DNA of 64,000 bases, taken from contig NW_021836137.1 of assembly GCF_006345805.1 (NCBI RefSeq), positions 62,001 to 126,000 on the forward strand. Reading direction: 5' to 3'. The notes beneath the pieces are model-generated. The model saw only the letters and a list, made by a program, of their open reading frames with translations. It was not told the DNA's origin and did not search any database. This document shows positions 37,491 through 52,433 of the stretch, one piece after another. The translations under genes were made by a program, and so were the position numbers. This DNA is from Octopus sinensis (Eukaryota). How positions within the stretch are numbered: the first letter of the stretch is position 1; each line of letters opens with the position of its first letter.

Positions 37491-39294
37491 AATATTATTC
37501 ACATCAGCACAGTGATAAGTATACTTAAAATTAAGAGTTTATAATAATCATATGTTCGCTGTGAATAATGAGTTTACTTATAGGTTTACATTATAGTCAT
37601 AAGCAACTGTTGGATTAACCGTAAAAAAAGATTTCCAAGGTGTCATAGAACATATCTAGGATTTTAAAAAATATTGGAATTAAATCAGCTATTCAAAAAC
37701 ATAGGTATGATATACAGAGACACTTCAAAGATAATAACCTGATACGATATAGTGTCTACTATAATTAGTAATATATGTTGTCTATATATATATATATATA
37801 AATAAGTATTACCATATTCAAGACATTTGAAAAACTTCTTTTCACATAAATATTTTCTTGAAATATATTTCAAAAAAGCATTTAGCATACTTGAATCACT
37901 AGAAATGACATTCATGGAAATTGTACAGTTAACCTGGGAGTATATCTGTATTTTAGAAATGTTCAACTTGCCAAATGAACCCATGGCGTTTTTTGCAAAA
38001 CTACTTGACCAAGAAAAATGTAAATGGAGCCAGAATAGAAAAGAACGAAAGCCTTTAGCTGTTTCTATTTTATTTCTGTCAATTGAGATGGAAAATTTTA
38101 GATATTGCCAAAATGATTTTTTAAATTTTCTTGTTTTTTTTTTTACTTAAAGTAATACATTCCAAGGAGTTTGGCATTAGAATGGAATAGTAAGTAAATG
38201 TCAAAAATTAACTGAATCCCAAAATTTTGATGGAAAAAAAAAATTATTGGTGTCAATAGATTACAGGCGCTGAACAAAAGACAAAACTATCCCACAGAAA
38301 AAGAAAGAATTAACAGATTAACTTCTACAGTCACCTTGCTTTACTTTGATTTGAGAGATACAGTCTTCAGAAATATTTCAGGAACAATCTCTACCAATCA
38401 CTATAGATTATGTAGTTTTGTAAATGATAATGTAATATTTCCATAATGAACAAGTAAAAATTATAAGGAGAAAATCTACGCTGGATTATTGTTTATATTG
38501 TCAGCAATCCAAACCTCACTAGTATAGACATTAGGCAAAGAACAAGACTCTTCATGCCCCATCATGACTAGTTAACAAACATGTTCCGTTCTGAGAGGGA
38601 ACTCCCAGATAGCTGAAACTGGAAGATTGTATCTGTCACAAATGCAAAAGTTAACATTGTTCACCAAGAACAATATTATTGATAAATAGTTTTACTAGAA
38701 TTTTAAAAATATATTTAATAAAGACAATCAACAAACAAGTGTAGTTTCCCATGGTTGAAAGTATTAACAAATGTAAAACAGAGGCAGAAACAAGAGACAA
38801 TTGTGTGGTAAAGAAGAATCTATGAAATTAAAACTAAGAATAAAATTTAAATAGCTTTGACAAGGCAAAGAAAAAAAATCATCCATATTGGATACCAAGC
38901 AAGACAAAACATAGCAAAAGTAATAACCCAGTCAAGTTGTAAATTCAGAAATCGAAAATCTTTACAAGGAAAGTATTTAAATATAGAGAGTAAAGTATTG
39001 AGAGTAACAAAATTTTGGAGGCACCAAAGTACATATAATAACTATGAGTGTAAAGATAGTATGGTATACAATACATAAATGAATCAATTGAAAGAATTAA
39101 AACCGGTGATTTAGATTAATATTAAGCAATAATAACAAGTATTCTCTGTTTTTGCTCCACATATAGAAAACTATCAAGCAAAGGACTCAGTTTTATGAGC
39201 CTGCCTTTTATACAGGATATTAGAAGAATCAGACAGTCAGACAAACCTGCATGCATACGTATATCATCATCATTTGATGATGATATACGTATCA

Positions 39295-39490
39295 TCATAT
39301 GTAACATCGTGTTCCATGTTGGCATGTGTTGGATGGTTTGAGAGAATTCAAAGAGTCTGAGGACTTTATAGTAGTCTTGTGTCTACTTTGGCGTGGTTTT
39401 AACAGCTAGATACCCTTTCTCATAACAACCCCTTTACAGTGTGTACTGAGTGCTTTTCTCATGCCACCAGCACTAGTGAAATCACGATGC
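39295..39490 (-). mobile_element. Old RTE-tail element
   Basis: TTCCATGTTGGCATGTGTTGGATGG..ACAGCTAGATACCCTTTCT..GTGCTTTT. Confidence 0.65.
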
Positions 39491-39904
39491 AGGTTACAAA
39501 AATATGAAGAAGAAGGTGACTTTATGCTGGGAAATGAGGGTTCAAATATAAGAGAAGGCAATGAAGCAGAGCAAGTTCTTGCTGTAAAGGAGCTACATGA
39601 CTACTCACATTTAGAAGAAAGAGTGAGAATGAGTCAGAAGTAGCTGCAAAGAGATAAATAGTAGTAGTGTTGAGGTGCCCAGATAGCATTTCAGGGGCCA
39701 GAGAAACTAAGAGTGTGAGAAGGGTTGCAAGAATGTATGGTGTTGTGATGGTGGGGCAAGAGAATGAGGAAATGGGGTGAGGAGGTAAGCAACACCTGTA
39801 AAGAGTGATTAGGGTTCTAGAGCAGATGCAGGGAGTGATGAATACAAGGAGTGGGGGATAATAAGTTGGGGAAGGTGTGTGTGTGTATTTGAAGGTACAT
39901 GAAT

Positions 39905-40180
39905 TAGTGGCTGGAGAGTTGGGCTTACAATCATGAGGTTCTGAGTTCAGCTCCTGGACCAGGTTGTGTATTGCATTTTTGAGCAAGACACTTCATGTCA
40001 CATTGCTCCAGTCTGCTAAGTGGTAGAAATGAGTTGCAACATTAATGATCATGAGCTGCATTGGCCTTTGGCCAACATCAGTGTGACTGCTGGTATTCCA
40101 CAAACAACCTTGACATGTGCCTTGGAGGGAAACTTTCTAGGTGCAATCCCATGGACATTCGTGACCAAAGGGGGTCTTTA

Positions 40181-40182
<2 letters not shown>
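39905..40182 (+). mobile_element. tRNA-derived SINE, third family
   Basis: GAGGTTCTGAGTTCAGCTCCTGG (B-box-like), TTGAGCAAGACACTT, ends CTTTCTAGGTGCAATCCCATGG..AAAGGGGGTCTTTACC before (TA)n. Confidence 0.7.
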
Positions 40183-40274
<92 letters not shown>

Positions 40275-42729
40275 CATACTAGCATTTCATATTATAAGTA
40301 AAATAGCATAAAGTTGTATTATGCATTGTATTTTAAAACTGAGCAAAATAATTTATTACTATACTCAATTACAGTTATCTCATACGTTGCTTGTAAAAAT
40401 ATCAATATTCAAAGTTGTATTGATCTGTTTCAAAATAAAACAAAACAAAACAAGCTGCTAACATAAGGTTTCTTAAAAGCCTAGAAATCAATACAATTGT
40501 CACAGAACCCAAATTTCACCAATAAAAACGACAAATCACAAACATGAACAATCTTGAATTTGTTCAAATTTAAATTGAATATTTGTTTCTCTCTCCCCAT
40601 TTGTCAAGCTTTGTATTTGAATGTTATTCTTTTCGCTATGCAACTGTATTCAGGACAAATAACATGCTTTGTCCTCACTCCTCATTTTTATGGAAAACAT
40701 GTTTCTCTGTTTGCACTCTGTTGAAATTAAAAGCTTAGTCTGACCAGAACTTTTCGAGAAATCAAAAATAATTGATATGGTTAGAAGAAATCTGTTTTCT
40801 TAGTTTGAAACTCTTGCTTACTGATAACAGGTGACCACTCCACGTTAACAAATAACATTTTCTTCCAATTGTAATTAGCTTTTATTTTCATTATTTTCTT
40901 CCTTGAATATTACTAGGTGCATTGAACGAATACAAGATTATCAATCCAAGGCAACAATTTAAAACCACTTGATGAGGCCTTTAGGTGTCGATTTGAAATC
41001 TTGGTTATTGGAGATACATGATTTGACTAATTTATTCTGGTTGTATCAGATTTTGTAGCCAGAAAGCACTAGTAATTATTGTTTGTTGCAGACTCCAAGG
41101 TAAAATTAAAATCCCCAATATCTAAAACTATATTAACATCAAAACGTAAATTCAAGAACACAGTTTTACGTTTTTCCGATGGTTTCCAACCTTTTCCTAT
41201 GCACTTGCACCTCAAGAAAATGTTTGATTAATTTTCACACCTCCCACAAAATTAAAATCATATTTGAAGTTGAAAAAAATCAATTTTCTAATAACTTTTT
41301 TTTTTATATAATTGAACTACATGTACTGCTATGGAAAAATAAAGTTCTTGATGTGCTCAAAAAATAAAATTATTTTTAAAATAAATTTATTCTGCAAAGT
41401 AATTTTAATAAAACATGTGCCATCTATCTATGTTACACTCTCTGATATACCAACATACAGCCCTTACAAATGTAGTTTCCCTAGGTTGGGAACACCTACT
41501 TTATTCAACTATGCATGTAATGGACAAATGATTATGAAGATTTATTCATTTTTACCTTATTAAATGCTTATGATACATCATATTGAGCAAATTTTATTAT
41601 AGCATAAGAAATTTGTAAACTATATAGAATCCAAGAGTTGCAGTAAAAAATAGATATTTGCTTTTTGCTGAATCTATCATATGAAGTAAAGTAATAGAAT
41701 CAGAGGAAGCAAATGCTGCTCTGCACTGGCAAAAAGCTATGTAGGAAAGAAGTCAAACATTTCAGGAGCAACCCTTTACTGGAGAGAGAAGGTGGCGTTA
41801 AAATAAATGAATTCAAATGAGTGAGAGAGAGAGAGAGAGAGAGAAAGAGAGCAGTAGGATGAAAGGTGGATGGAGAGTTAACAGGTGTTAGTGGAGGTGG
41901 CCAATGGTCAGAGCAAGGAGATCATAACAGAAAACCCAGCAAATATGACAAATGTAATGAGGAGGGGAAAGGAAACTACAAAGAAATGTTATATAGACTC
42001 ACATAACCACCTATCTCTTACATACACACACACATGCCCTTACATAAACATATTTAAATACAAGTAAACATTCATCCATGCAATGTATACACACCTATTC
42101 AGCAACACAAAACAGATATTTCCCTAGTTATTATCATTTTATGTACACATAGTATAATCATGTGTATAGGTTACACAAATGTACACATACGGGCACCTGC
42201 ACAAATATGTACATGCATGTTGTATAAATATGCATGGCTACACACACAGATATAAAATCATTTTATATCTGTTAGTCATGAAAAAATTCAGATTCATTTC
42301 CGTAATGCTTTTATAAGAATATAAGAATTTAAGAATTAAATTCATTAAGCATTAAAAGTTGAAACATAATAAAGAAAATAAAATCATATTTACTTTATGG
42401 ATTATAACTCCATATTTCACTGTTTCATCTCCAAGTATGATACTAATTAAATCTTTAATCAACCTTTATAGAGGTAATTTACTAATGTTCTAATACACTA
42501 AAGAACACTATAACAGAAATATCAACTATGAAGAACCATCGATAATATCAAATCTTGTATTTATGATTCAGTCCGAAAGATCTTTTAGGAATAATTATTA
42601 ATGATATAAACAATCAACATATGCATTGGAAATGGATCCAGAATATTGAGTGTGATGAACCCGATGAAAATGTAGCTAATATATCACAATATAGAAAAAT
42701 ATAGAGAAATGAATACATATACCATTATA

Positions 42730-43150
42730 ATCATCGTCATTTAATGACTGTTGTCCATATAGGCATGGGTTGGCAGTTTGACCAGAGCTAGCAAGGTAGA
42801 GAGCTGCACCAGGCTCCAGTCTAATTTAGTCTGGTTTCTATGGCTGGATGCCCTTCCTAATACCAACCACCTTACAGTGAGTGCTGGGTGCTTTTACATG
42901 GCAGTGCATGAGTACTTTTACATGACACTGGCATGAGCGCTTTTTACATGGCACCAGTACAGGACTCTTGCCGGTCAATTATCTCCTCCAGGGGAAGTGG
43001 CCTCATCACTTCAGTTGTTGAGAACAGTAAGGCACCCAAGAATATCTGCAGGAGAAGTGATAAGGCCACGCCCCCTGGTGAAGATGATTGGCTTGCAAGT
43101 GCCCTGACAGCATGGAAAATGGACATTAAATGATGATGATGATGGTGATG
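42730..43150. mobile_element. Two head-to-head RTE 3' UTR fragments with tails pointing outward
   Basis: CATCGTCATTTAA tail at left, GGACATTAAATGATGATG tail at right. GGCCAC..CCCCTGG block at 43052-43100 is mirrored at 42965-43012. Confidence 0.7.
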
Positions 43151-43191
<41 letters not shown>

Positions 43192-43224
43192 TAAGAAATA
43201 CAGGTAGGCAGATAGATAGATGCA

Positions 43225-44115
43225 GTGGATTAATAGAAGGATTACCAGAAAAGGTAGTGTTCGTATGTGGGAGATGCACAGGATCTATAAAAACTATAGA
43301 GACGAAGGAAACTGATTCTCTCAAGTACCCTGGTGGCTCAATTGAGGTAGTAGATAATTTCTGCTACCTAGGGGACCAAATTAGTAGTCAGTGGGGATGC
43401 ACAGAGAGTATGATAGCTAGAATAAGTACAGGATGGCGGAAATTCAGAGAGCTGTTACCTCTGTTGGCTATGAAAGGTTTCTCTCTCCAAGTGAAAGGAA
43501 GATTGTATGATGCAAATATATGAACAACAATTCTACATGATAGTGAGACATGGGCCCTGAATGCAGAGGATGTGTGAAGTTAAATGAGGGTAGTATGTTC
43601 TGCTGGATGTGTAATGTAAGTGTACATGTTCAATTGAGTGCTAGTGCTTTGAAAGAGAAGTTAGGCATAAGAGGAATTAGTTGCTGGGTGCAAGGGAGAA
43701 GACTGTGCTGGTTTGGTTATGTGATGCAGATGGATGCTGACAGCTCCATAAAGAAGTGCTGATCTCTCAAAGTAGATAGAACATGTGGAAGTGAGAGACT
43801 CAGGAAGACATGATACAGAGTGCTGAAGAAAAAAACCTCAGAATGCTGAACTTTTCCGGTGTGATGACAACAGACCAAGATGCCTGGCACCTTGCTGTAC
43901 TCAAGAAGATTTGTACTCTGCAGCAGAAGTATTAAGGTCAGTCCCCTGGTAGAGAGGATTGACTTGCAAGATTCCTTGGCTGGTACCATGTGGTAGCACC
44001 ATGTAAGGGTGCCTGAGTGATGCTGCCTAAAATCACCAATGCGGTACTGCATAAAAGCACCCATGTGGTGCCTTGTAAAAGCATCCATGCTGCACTCTGT
44101 AAAAGCACTCATGCA
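43225..44115 (+). mobile_element. RTE LINE fragment (RT C-terminus plus part of 3' UTR)
   Basis: FVCGRC..EVVDNFCYLGDQISS..GWRKFRELLPLL..KGRLYDA..LKEKLGIRGI..RRLCWFGYV; short GCAC..TGTAAAA repeats in the UTR. Confidence 0.92.
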
Positions 44116-46552
44116 GAAATTTCACTGCAGGCACAGATTTGGTAGTGGACATGGTGAAATTGTGTCAGTGATCAAGTCATAGCTTTGTGACCAAAGAACC
44201 TAGTTGACACTATGTAGTAGTGTATTAAGAAATAAATATTTATTAGAAAGCATCATTTCCCATTTAATCTAAAATCAAAGACCAAAGAGGATGTATTAAT
44301 TTTGTTTCTTTACATTGGATACTTACACATCTATTTCAGTGTTTTGCCATTTTCAATCAATGTAAAGTATTCTTGCCATGGAGAAGTTAGATTCCCATAA
44401 GCCATTTTACTGAAAACAGTGGAATTCTTAGTTTAATATAATTCACAAATCAAATAAAACTACAATAATCTACAGCTACTTGTGAATTAAGCCGAAAATA
44501 ACCATAGACACCTGGCTAAGGTAAAAAGCCAAAGTCAGGTGTAGTATGTGACTCCGAGTCAACTATAGAATCGCATGACAGTTACTCCAGTTCACAAATA
44601 TATTCACAAGCATGAACTTAAAAAAAAATTAATATTACTGATTATTCCTTACAGCTGTTTGAAGATGGTAGACACAGTGTTACCTTGATTAATTCCACCA
44701 CTTGGTCACTGGGTGTTTTTAGTTAAGTCCACTCTATTGTTAGCATTTTCATGCCAAGTATCTGGTTTGAGAATAACTTCTGCCCCTCTTTCAACTAGTC
44801 ATAGGTGCTATCCTTTCTCCTCTGATTAATACATTAAAAAAAATAATAAATAACTGACCATGAATTCAAAAACTTTCTGAATTCTCAAGAATAGAAGGAA
44901 ATTTTCTTGGCATTTTTTGTCATACTGTCTTCTGTTTGCTACAATGAGTTAAGACTGCTCAACTGGAAGCCACATATTTCTGCCAAGACAGTTTTGGAAA
45001 GAAAAGGGCAATACTGGCAAAATAGCTAACACTCAGTGACCTTACATTTAATTTAAACTCTTGGATTTTGCTGGTAGTGGGCAATATGACAGCCAGAAGC
45101 AGGATATTACAGTCCAAAGCACTTCTTTAAAAATAGTTTCATTGTTTCTGTAACACATTCATATCTTTTATTTTTGGCAACTATCTGCACATGACCTCTA
45201 AAGTTCAGCTGGTGTATAAAAGAAATAGTGTAAAAGAGTGAAGTTAGATCAAGCTGGCTATTGAATGCAACACCTAGCAATAAGTGTATATTTGAGAACT
45301 TGATTATTCTTCATGGCAAATAACCAAATAAATAAGAGATCTGTTTTTGTTACCAATATTTATTTCTATTATTTTCTAGAAATTACATTAAAAGTAGTTA
45401 TTTTATAATATCTTTGCAGTTAAATATCGAAGTAAGAGAAACATTTTCAAGACCAAAGATTAAGATAACTAAATAAATACTTGTTTCAAGAAAGTTATGA
45501 AATAAGAAAATATTTCACATCACAATCATTATAAAGATATAATCTAAATAAAAAGTTAGATAATGTTTATCAAAAAGGAAAACAAAAACTATGAAAATAG
45601 TTCAATATCATCTAAGTCACTTGATTCTGTAAGTTGAACATATATGTAAATGTATATTCCACTAATTTCTTTTATCATTGATGATTACAAATTATTTAAA
45701 TTCTTACTAAATTTATAAGATGCTGATCAGTTTGTAATCTTTATTAAATAATTAAAGCTTAAAACATTTACAGATTTTTTACTTGAATTCATAATTGCAG
45801 AATATATAAACTTGAATTTTGATGAGAAAATTTTTATCTCATTATTAGCATATACTGCAACTTACCCCAAAGGAAGATACTTAACTCTACTCAAGTAAAT
45901 ATAATTATCCAGAAATTAAATAACAAGGGCAAGTGGACAGATGGCAGGTCACCAAAAGAGCAGTACAATTAATAGGTAATTAAGTGGCTTGCAGTTTTGA
46001 ACCATGCCAAAGCAAAAATTACCTAAGGGATGATTTTGGTCAGTGAAGTTGTTGGAAAAAAGCCCAAGAGACCCCTAAAAAAGAACTACCAAAGCATGCA
46101 TAATAAAAAAAAAACCCACAAAATTGGAAGTTTGCTCATGTCTGTAATATCTTTGTTAACTTCATCCACATTATATTCTGCATCTTTAAAAATAACAACT
46201 CTAGCATGCATACCAAACCTATTTGATTCTTTTCACTGGAATCTACTCAGGTTTTCTTCAGGTGAATAAACAAGTCAAATGGCATTTAGATGTGTTTGTT
46301 GTGGGCTCATTAATAAAAGCTTTGATTAAATTTAGAGTGAATCATCTCCATAAATTGTATAACTTTCTTAAGCTTTTCTATTTCAAATATGTCTTTTCTC
46401 ATTTTGGCCATTACATTGACAGATTTATCAGAGGTATCTATGAAACAGAACATCTGAGAATAAGTAAATTTTGTCCAAAAGATATGTATTTATAAGTAAT
46501 AATAATGATGATGATGATGATGATGATACAAAATAATACAAATAATAATAAT

Positions 46553-47148
46553 AATACAAAAGATGCCATGACAATGTGGCAAGAATGATCCATTAGGAGC
46601 TCTGTGAAAATCACAGCCTACAAAGAGCAAAGACATGGTATGAACAAACTCCAAAAGGAGTCACTGAAAATGAGAATTCCAAAATCCTTTGGGATGCAAT
46701 GACTCAGTGCAATCACCTGACTAGACATCAGAAACCAGATATTGTGGTGGATAAAAAATAAATAATATGTATGATAATCGACATAGTAAACAAGTGTCAC
46801 CTTAGTCTGGTGGCAACAGGATCAATGTGAAAAAATAAGAAAAAATAAACAACTGATGATTTAAAGTGGGAAATACGAAGGTTGTGGTAAATGAAGAGAG
46901 CAGATGTGATACCAATAGTAATTGGTGCACTTGGAAGTACCAGCACTCAACTACCAGCATGGCTAAAAAAGATCAGTGCGAGTGTGGAGGTAGAACACCT
47001 AAAATAATCAGCATTGCTTGGAACAGCAAGAATTCTTCACAAGGTTCTTGAAGCATGACCAGTAAACAAGTGTCACCTTAGTCTGCTGGCTGTGGACAGC
47101 TGACATTTTGCATCATACCTAGCAAAGCAAAATAAGCTGTGAATTTTC

Positions 47149-47188
<40 letters not shown>
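46553..47188 (+). mobile_element. R4/Dong-like remnant 5 (RLE domain) between TAA tracts
   Basis: YKRCHDNVARMIH..WYEQTPKGVTENENSKILWD..QKPDIVV..IIDI..VIPIVIGALG..SALLGTARILHKVLEA*; (TAA)n on both sides. Confidence 0.9.
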
Positions 47189-47190
<2 letters not shown>

Positions 47191-50100
47191 AATCTGAGGG
47201 GAAGGGGCCTGTTGATTACATTCAAGTACTGGTGCAATATTAAATTTCGACTCCATAATTGAAACAAAACACTCAAACAGGATGTAGTGCTGCTTCACTA
47301 GAAGCTCCCAAAACAGATAAAGTAAAGGGTCTTAAGCTAATATACAATGTATGTGCGCATGTGTGTGCACACACACATAATAGTAAGGTGTGATTAAACT
47401 GCATGGCATACAATCAGTATTTAGAGTCCTTGTGCCACCTTTTACATCAAACAAAAGCAAAAGCTGAAACATATGAGAATGTGGTAAATAATTTTAGAAC
47501 CAAATCTCTAGTCTTTTTTTTTTTTTTCTGGTGGGGCGATGTACATACATAAGCCCAGATTTCTGTAGCTACTGTAATTATTGAGTATATAAAGGAAATG
47601 GTTACTTCTTTCTCTAGGATTGGTCAAACTGATGTAGATGAGGACTTTGATTAGAATCCAGTAAAATTTGGGAATTGCTTAAGGATACACATCACTTTTT
47701 TCAATGTGTATACACACACACATACACACACAGCTGGATGGACAGACAGATGGCTGTATGGATTGACATATAGACAAGCAAGTAGGCAGAGAGAAAGAAG
47801 TATATATATAAGAACTGAACATTTATTGAGAATATGACTGACTACTTAGAGCAAACCCAAAATTATTGCGAAGATCAAGTTGGCTATGACATTTAGTTTT
47901 GCCTATCAGCTTGCTTAGTCAGTGACAGAATCCTTGTCTACTAGTTTCATATAAAGGATGGAAAGCTGCATTAAAGGAATGGGGGTATACCTGATATGTT
48001 TCACAATTTGTTGATTTGTATAAAAGAAAATATCTTTATAAATAATCAGACATAGTGAGGTTTAGGGAGATTTGCTAATTAAAATGGTTTTACCTTTTGT
48101 AAATACAGCAGTGACTCTCTGCCACAACACATAACTTTATCAAGCAATTATTCATCAAGAACAGAGACAAATTTAATCAATTATACCCTCTCCTGGCCTG
48201 ATATCAATGTTAGAAATAATTATTATTATAAATCATCATTAATAAGCCAATGAAGATGCTATTTACAAAAGTATTAGTATTCTCGGTTAAATGCCTTCAC
48301 TGTTCATTTGGTGTCTGGCTTCTGTATTTTCAATATTTCTGTATTCTTGTTCTTTCAGAACAAAACGAAAAGTATCACTAACATACTAAGTCAATTATTT
48401 TGACTATCTATTTCCAAAACTGGCCGTGTTTCTAAAGAAGAAATCACTATTATTATTAAACTGATCAAAACAATTCCAAGCTGAAAATGAACCCCAAGCT
48501 TCATTGAAAAGAAATTCATGCCAAAGAAATAGTTATAAAACTGAAAATGCTATGGTAGTTTTACTGTCTTCATTTATTCAATAATACTGGCTGCTAAACT
48601 TGTAAAGATTCCCAGGAGTTGCTGTCTGAAACATAAGAACATTAAATGTTCAGTGGTGACATTTCGCGCATGAAGGTTTATGTTGTGTGAGTTTGGTGTC
48701 AGTGTATGTATGCACATTTCTTTAGTATCAATTCAAATCTGCAGAGAATTATTGTAATCAAAGTAGCATCCCTTATGAAAGTCAACTAATAGTTTTTATG
48801 TTAGAAGAAAATTATTGTCACATTTTCAGAACTACATCTAAAACATATATGTGCACATTATTACTTTATGAGCAGTATAGAAATGACTTTGTACTGTGAA
48901 ATTAAGATCATAAATATAGATAAGAACTTAAATGTGATAAGTAAGGAAATCACCATGTGAATATCTACTTTACATAATCCTTATATAAACTGTTGTAGAT
49001 TCATGACATTTTTATATATACTACGTTTTGCACACATATGCATAAAAAGTACTGTCCTTTTCTGTTGAAGTAACTTAGAATACTTATCCAATGATTATGA
49101 GTTAACTTTACATAACTTTCTTTTATCATACTAACTGGAAATTAGTACCAAACATTTTAGTGTATTCTTTTTCTTTTTTTTTTTTTGGCTTTTAGATTGG
49201 CATGGCTTCTTTCTAAGATAGAAATGATGTAAAAACAATTATGGTTATGTCATTGTCATGAGAAGGAATTTGTTCATAGACACAACCTGAGACTCTTCCA
49301 ATTCAACGAATTAGTCTGCAAAGATAGATTTAATGAGTTGCCAGAAAAGTCCTAAAACATTTTTAGTCTACACTTACTAAAAAAAATTAGAATGCAATAT
49401 TTTAAATCAAATTTGTTAGAAAAAAACTGTACTGTAATGCAACGATAGCAATATTCTTCTTTATGCAAGTAGTTTATGTCAAGTACTATTTTGAGGGTAC
49501 TTCATACAGAATAATAATTAGAAAATATAAGATCCACTTTCAGGTGGTCACACAAAGACATTTCTCACCCTATAAAGCTCATTACTGTGGACCATGCTAT
49601 ATACTCTCAATACAACTTTCACTTTAAAAGGGTTTGACTGCACATGTAAAAAAAATCGATTGTCACCACTACTTTCACCTACAAAGAACTTCAGTTATTC
49701 TCAACCAAAGCCTTTATTTCACATTCCTCTAAATATAACTGATTTTACCACTTTTTGAACTCCTTCAATCACAAATAACTCATCAACCATATCTCATCCT
49801 GCATCAAGGACATTTAACTCAATTCACTTCCCTCTGAAATCATCATCCATGGAGACTTCAATGTTTATGGACCTTCTTTAACTCTCTCATTTTTCCTCCA
49901 CAGATGCTGCTGGTGCAGAAGCTGAACTTTTTGCAACTTTTTACTCTCAGTTGCAATTAGCATCATCTACAAGTATTTATGACTGACATACTCTCCAAAG
50001 ATCCTTGATCTATTTTGCATCTCCAAACCAAATATCTACCAAACCCTCATTGTCTCTGCAGCTATCATTTTGTCCAACCACTACCTATTTGTTGTTATGA

Positions 50101-51899
50101 TATGAACTTCATAGCACATGCATACACTTCCCAAATCTTATGGTACAACAAATCAGCTAAGTAACTGGGAATTCATAAGCCTTATTATAGCTATAACTGG
50201 AAGCAATTAGGCTTTATTCTTGACAATTCTGAAATATCTGAGTAGGTGACCAAAGCCATCATCTTATTAATGTCTTTCATTTGTTCTTAAAAACACAAAC
50301 ACTACTCACAACCCTAAATCACCCAAATAGTTTATATATAGTTGTGCTACAGCAGTAATGACAAAGAAACATACCAACAAAGCCTAGAAAATATTATTCT
50401 CACACCTACCAACTGGGTAGCTTTTAGCCACAACTACAATTCATGTAAGGCAACAATCTATGAAGTGAAAGATCTGACTATGCATTATGCTACCTGCAAA
50501 CTATACAATTAATGCAGAACATTTGCAACAAAATACAAAATGTTCTTCACATTCTGAAACTTCTAACAGTTATTACTTGAATTAAATAAGAGCCAATAGT
50601 GAACAACCAACAATTCATAATAGAATATCAAAATACTGTTTAACCAAATAATCATTTCAAATAAAAAAGATCAATTTCAATGCAAATGCAAAAAGCACTC
50701 AACCAACAGACAACTATCACTAACTGATATGGCCAGCAATGGAGCCTCTAAGGTTGCTTGACTTGCTAAAACCACAACTAAATTTCTTCCATATCACACT
50801 CTATCATTCTGAAAGAGTAGATACTCCTTTAAAAAAATGGAATAGTCATAGGTCATCTCAGCCAGGGTTGAACTTCAACTAAAATAACTCATATGGAAAG
50901 ATTTTCATCATTGCAACAATAAAAAAGACAAAATAATGAACAGGTGTAATGACACACTAGTATAGCTAAATAAAATATGCATCAAAAAGGGAGATCAATG
51001 TTGCTACATAACCTGATAAAAAATAACAATTAAATTTCCCTCAAATTACACCTCAGCTCTTCACCTAAGAACAGGACATATAAGGTAACACATACAAGAA
51101 TACATGAAATGTGATATGCATGACAGATCACACACAGCTTTTTCAATCACTTTCAAAAACTGCTCAGAGGACATTTATGTTCTCTAACATACAACTGCTA
51201 GGTTATTCAACCTCAAAGAGCTTAATATTAAAATCGTACACTTTAATATTCCTAAGAAGAGACCTCTTGTCTGATAACATACAATGGAAGAGATTTTAAA
51301 ATTCTTATAGATATAATTTCATTCGCATGTAACATGTTAGACTTCTCAATAAATCTTTATAAAACTGCAAGTGTTTATAAGCCTGACCCAGGAAAGCCTT
51401 GTGCAGATCCTCAAGTAACAGTATCCATTCAAACTATGGAAAATGTGTCTTCTTTTAAATATTTTGATAACATGTTAAATAAACAGTGATGTACATCAAT
51501 AGAATTCAGATCTATCCAAATTCAATTGCTCCCTCTCAACTTGTATTTGAATATTCCTCTTGTATTTGTATTGAATTTGAATATTGTATTTGAATATTCC
51601 TCTCAGTTTCCAGTCACAGTACTTGAATAACAAGGGATTGCAATGGACTATTTGGTGTTCAGTTCAAATATCCTTTTGCCACTGTGTACAGCAACTCAAC
51701 ATTTTACCATCATCTCACTTCAGGCCACACATTGATATCTATCACATTATTTTACCACAAAGCATTTCTACCATTATCCATCACATGCTCTCTATCTTCC
51801 ATCTCTTTCAGTGACTGTCTCTCCTTAAATACACTCCAAAGCATCTCTTCCAATAATAAAATACTCACACTCTTATATAACGGATCTTTATACTTAACT

Positions 51900-52433
51900 C
51901 AGGGGTAGGGAAACTCCCACCCATGGGTGCAATTGTCCCCACAGGCCCATTTTATTTCACCCACAGGCTGATATAATTGTATGTACAAAATAAAGTAAAT
52001 TTTTCAATAATAAAATTTATACAATATTGGTATGCCTATTTGCAACATAGGTTGCATTTCCACTATGACTTAAAACAGTTAGACATAAGCAGAAAATTGT
52101 CCAGTAATTGCCATATGAATGGAAATTTTGTTTTCACTATAAAACACACATTGCTAGGTTTGAACACCCCCCCCCTCGAGACCCAACTAAACTCTAGCTG
52201 GAAAATATAGAAACCTCATAAGTAATATAAATGTCCTAAATTCAGTGGCGGTGTTAATGAAGATACTATGCATTAATTTAATGTGTTAAACTTATCTTTA
52301 TTAATGCCTATCGAATTATACATAGATACATACAAGATCTACACAGATATAAGCATTAGAACTTGTTATCTGCCCATGGACCTTTTTGTTTGTAAATTTT
52401 TGCCCGCCGCACTAAAAAGTTTCCTGACCTCTG
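51900..52433. mobile_element. hAT-type MITE with perfect 8-bp TSD
   Basis: TIRs CAGGGGTAGGGAAACT / CAGAGGTCAGGAAACT; TSD ACTTAACT at 51892-51899 and 52434-52441. Confidence 0.9.

Noticed and set aside
41176-41498. Possible hAT MITE (GGTTTCCAACC..GGTTGGGAACACC)
   Set aside because: Termini are degenerate and I found no 8-bp TSD.
46120-46440. Minus-strand coding-looking stretch (DTSDKSVNVMAKMRKDIFE.. / FKDAEYNVDEVNKDITD)
   Set aside because: Interrupted by stops, no convincing donor, and no recognisable family.
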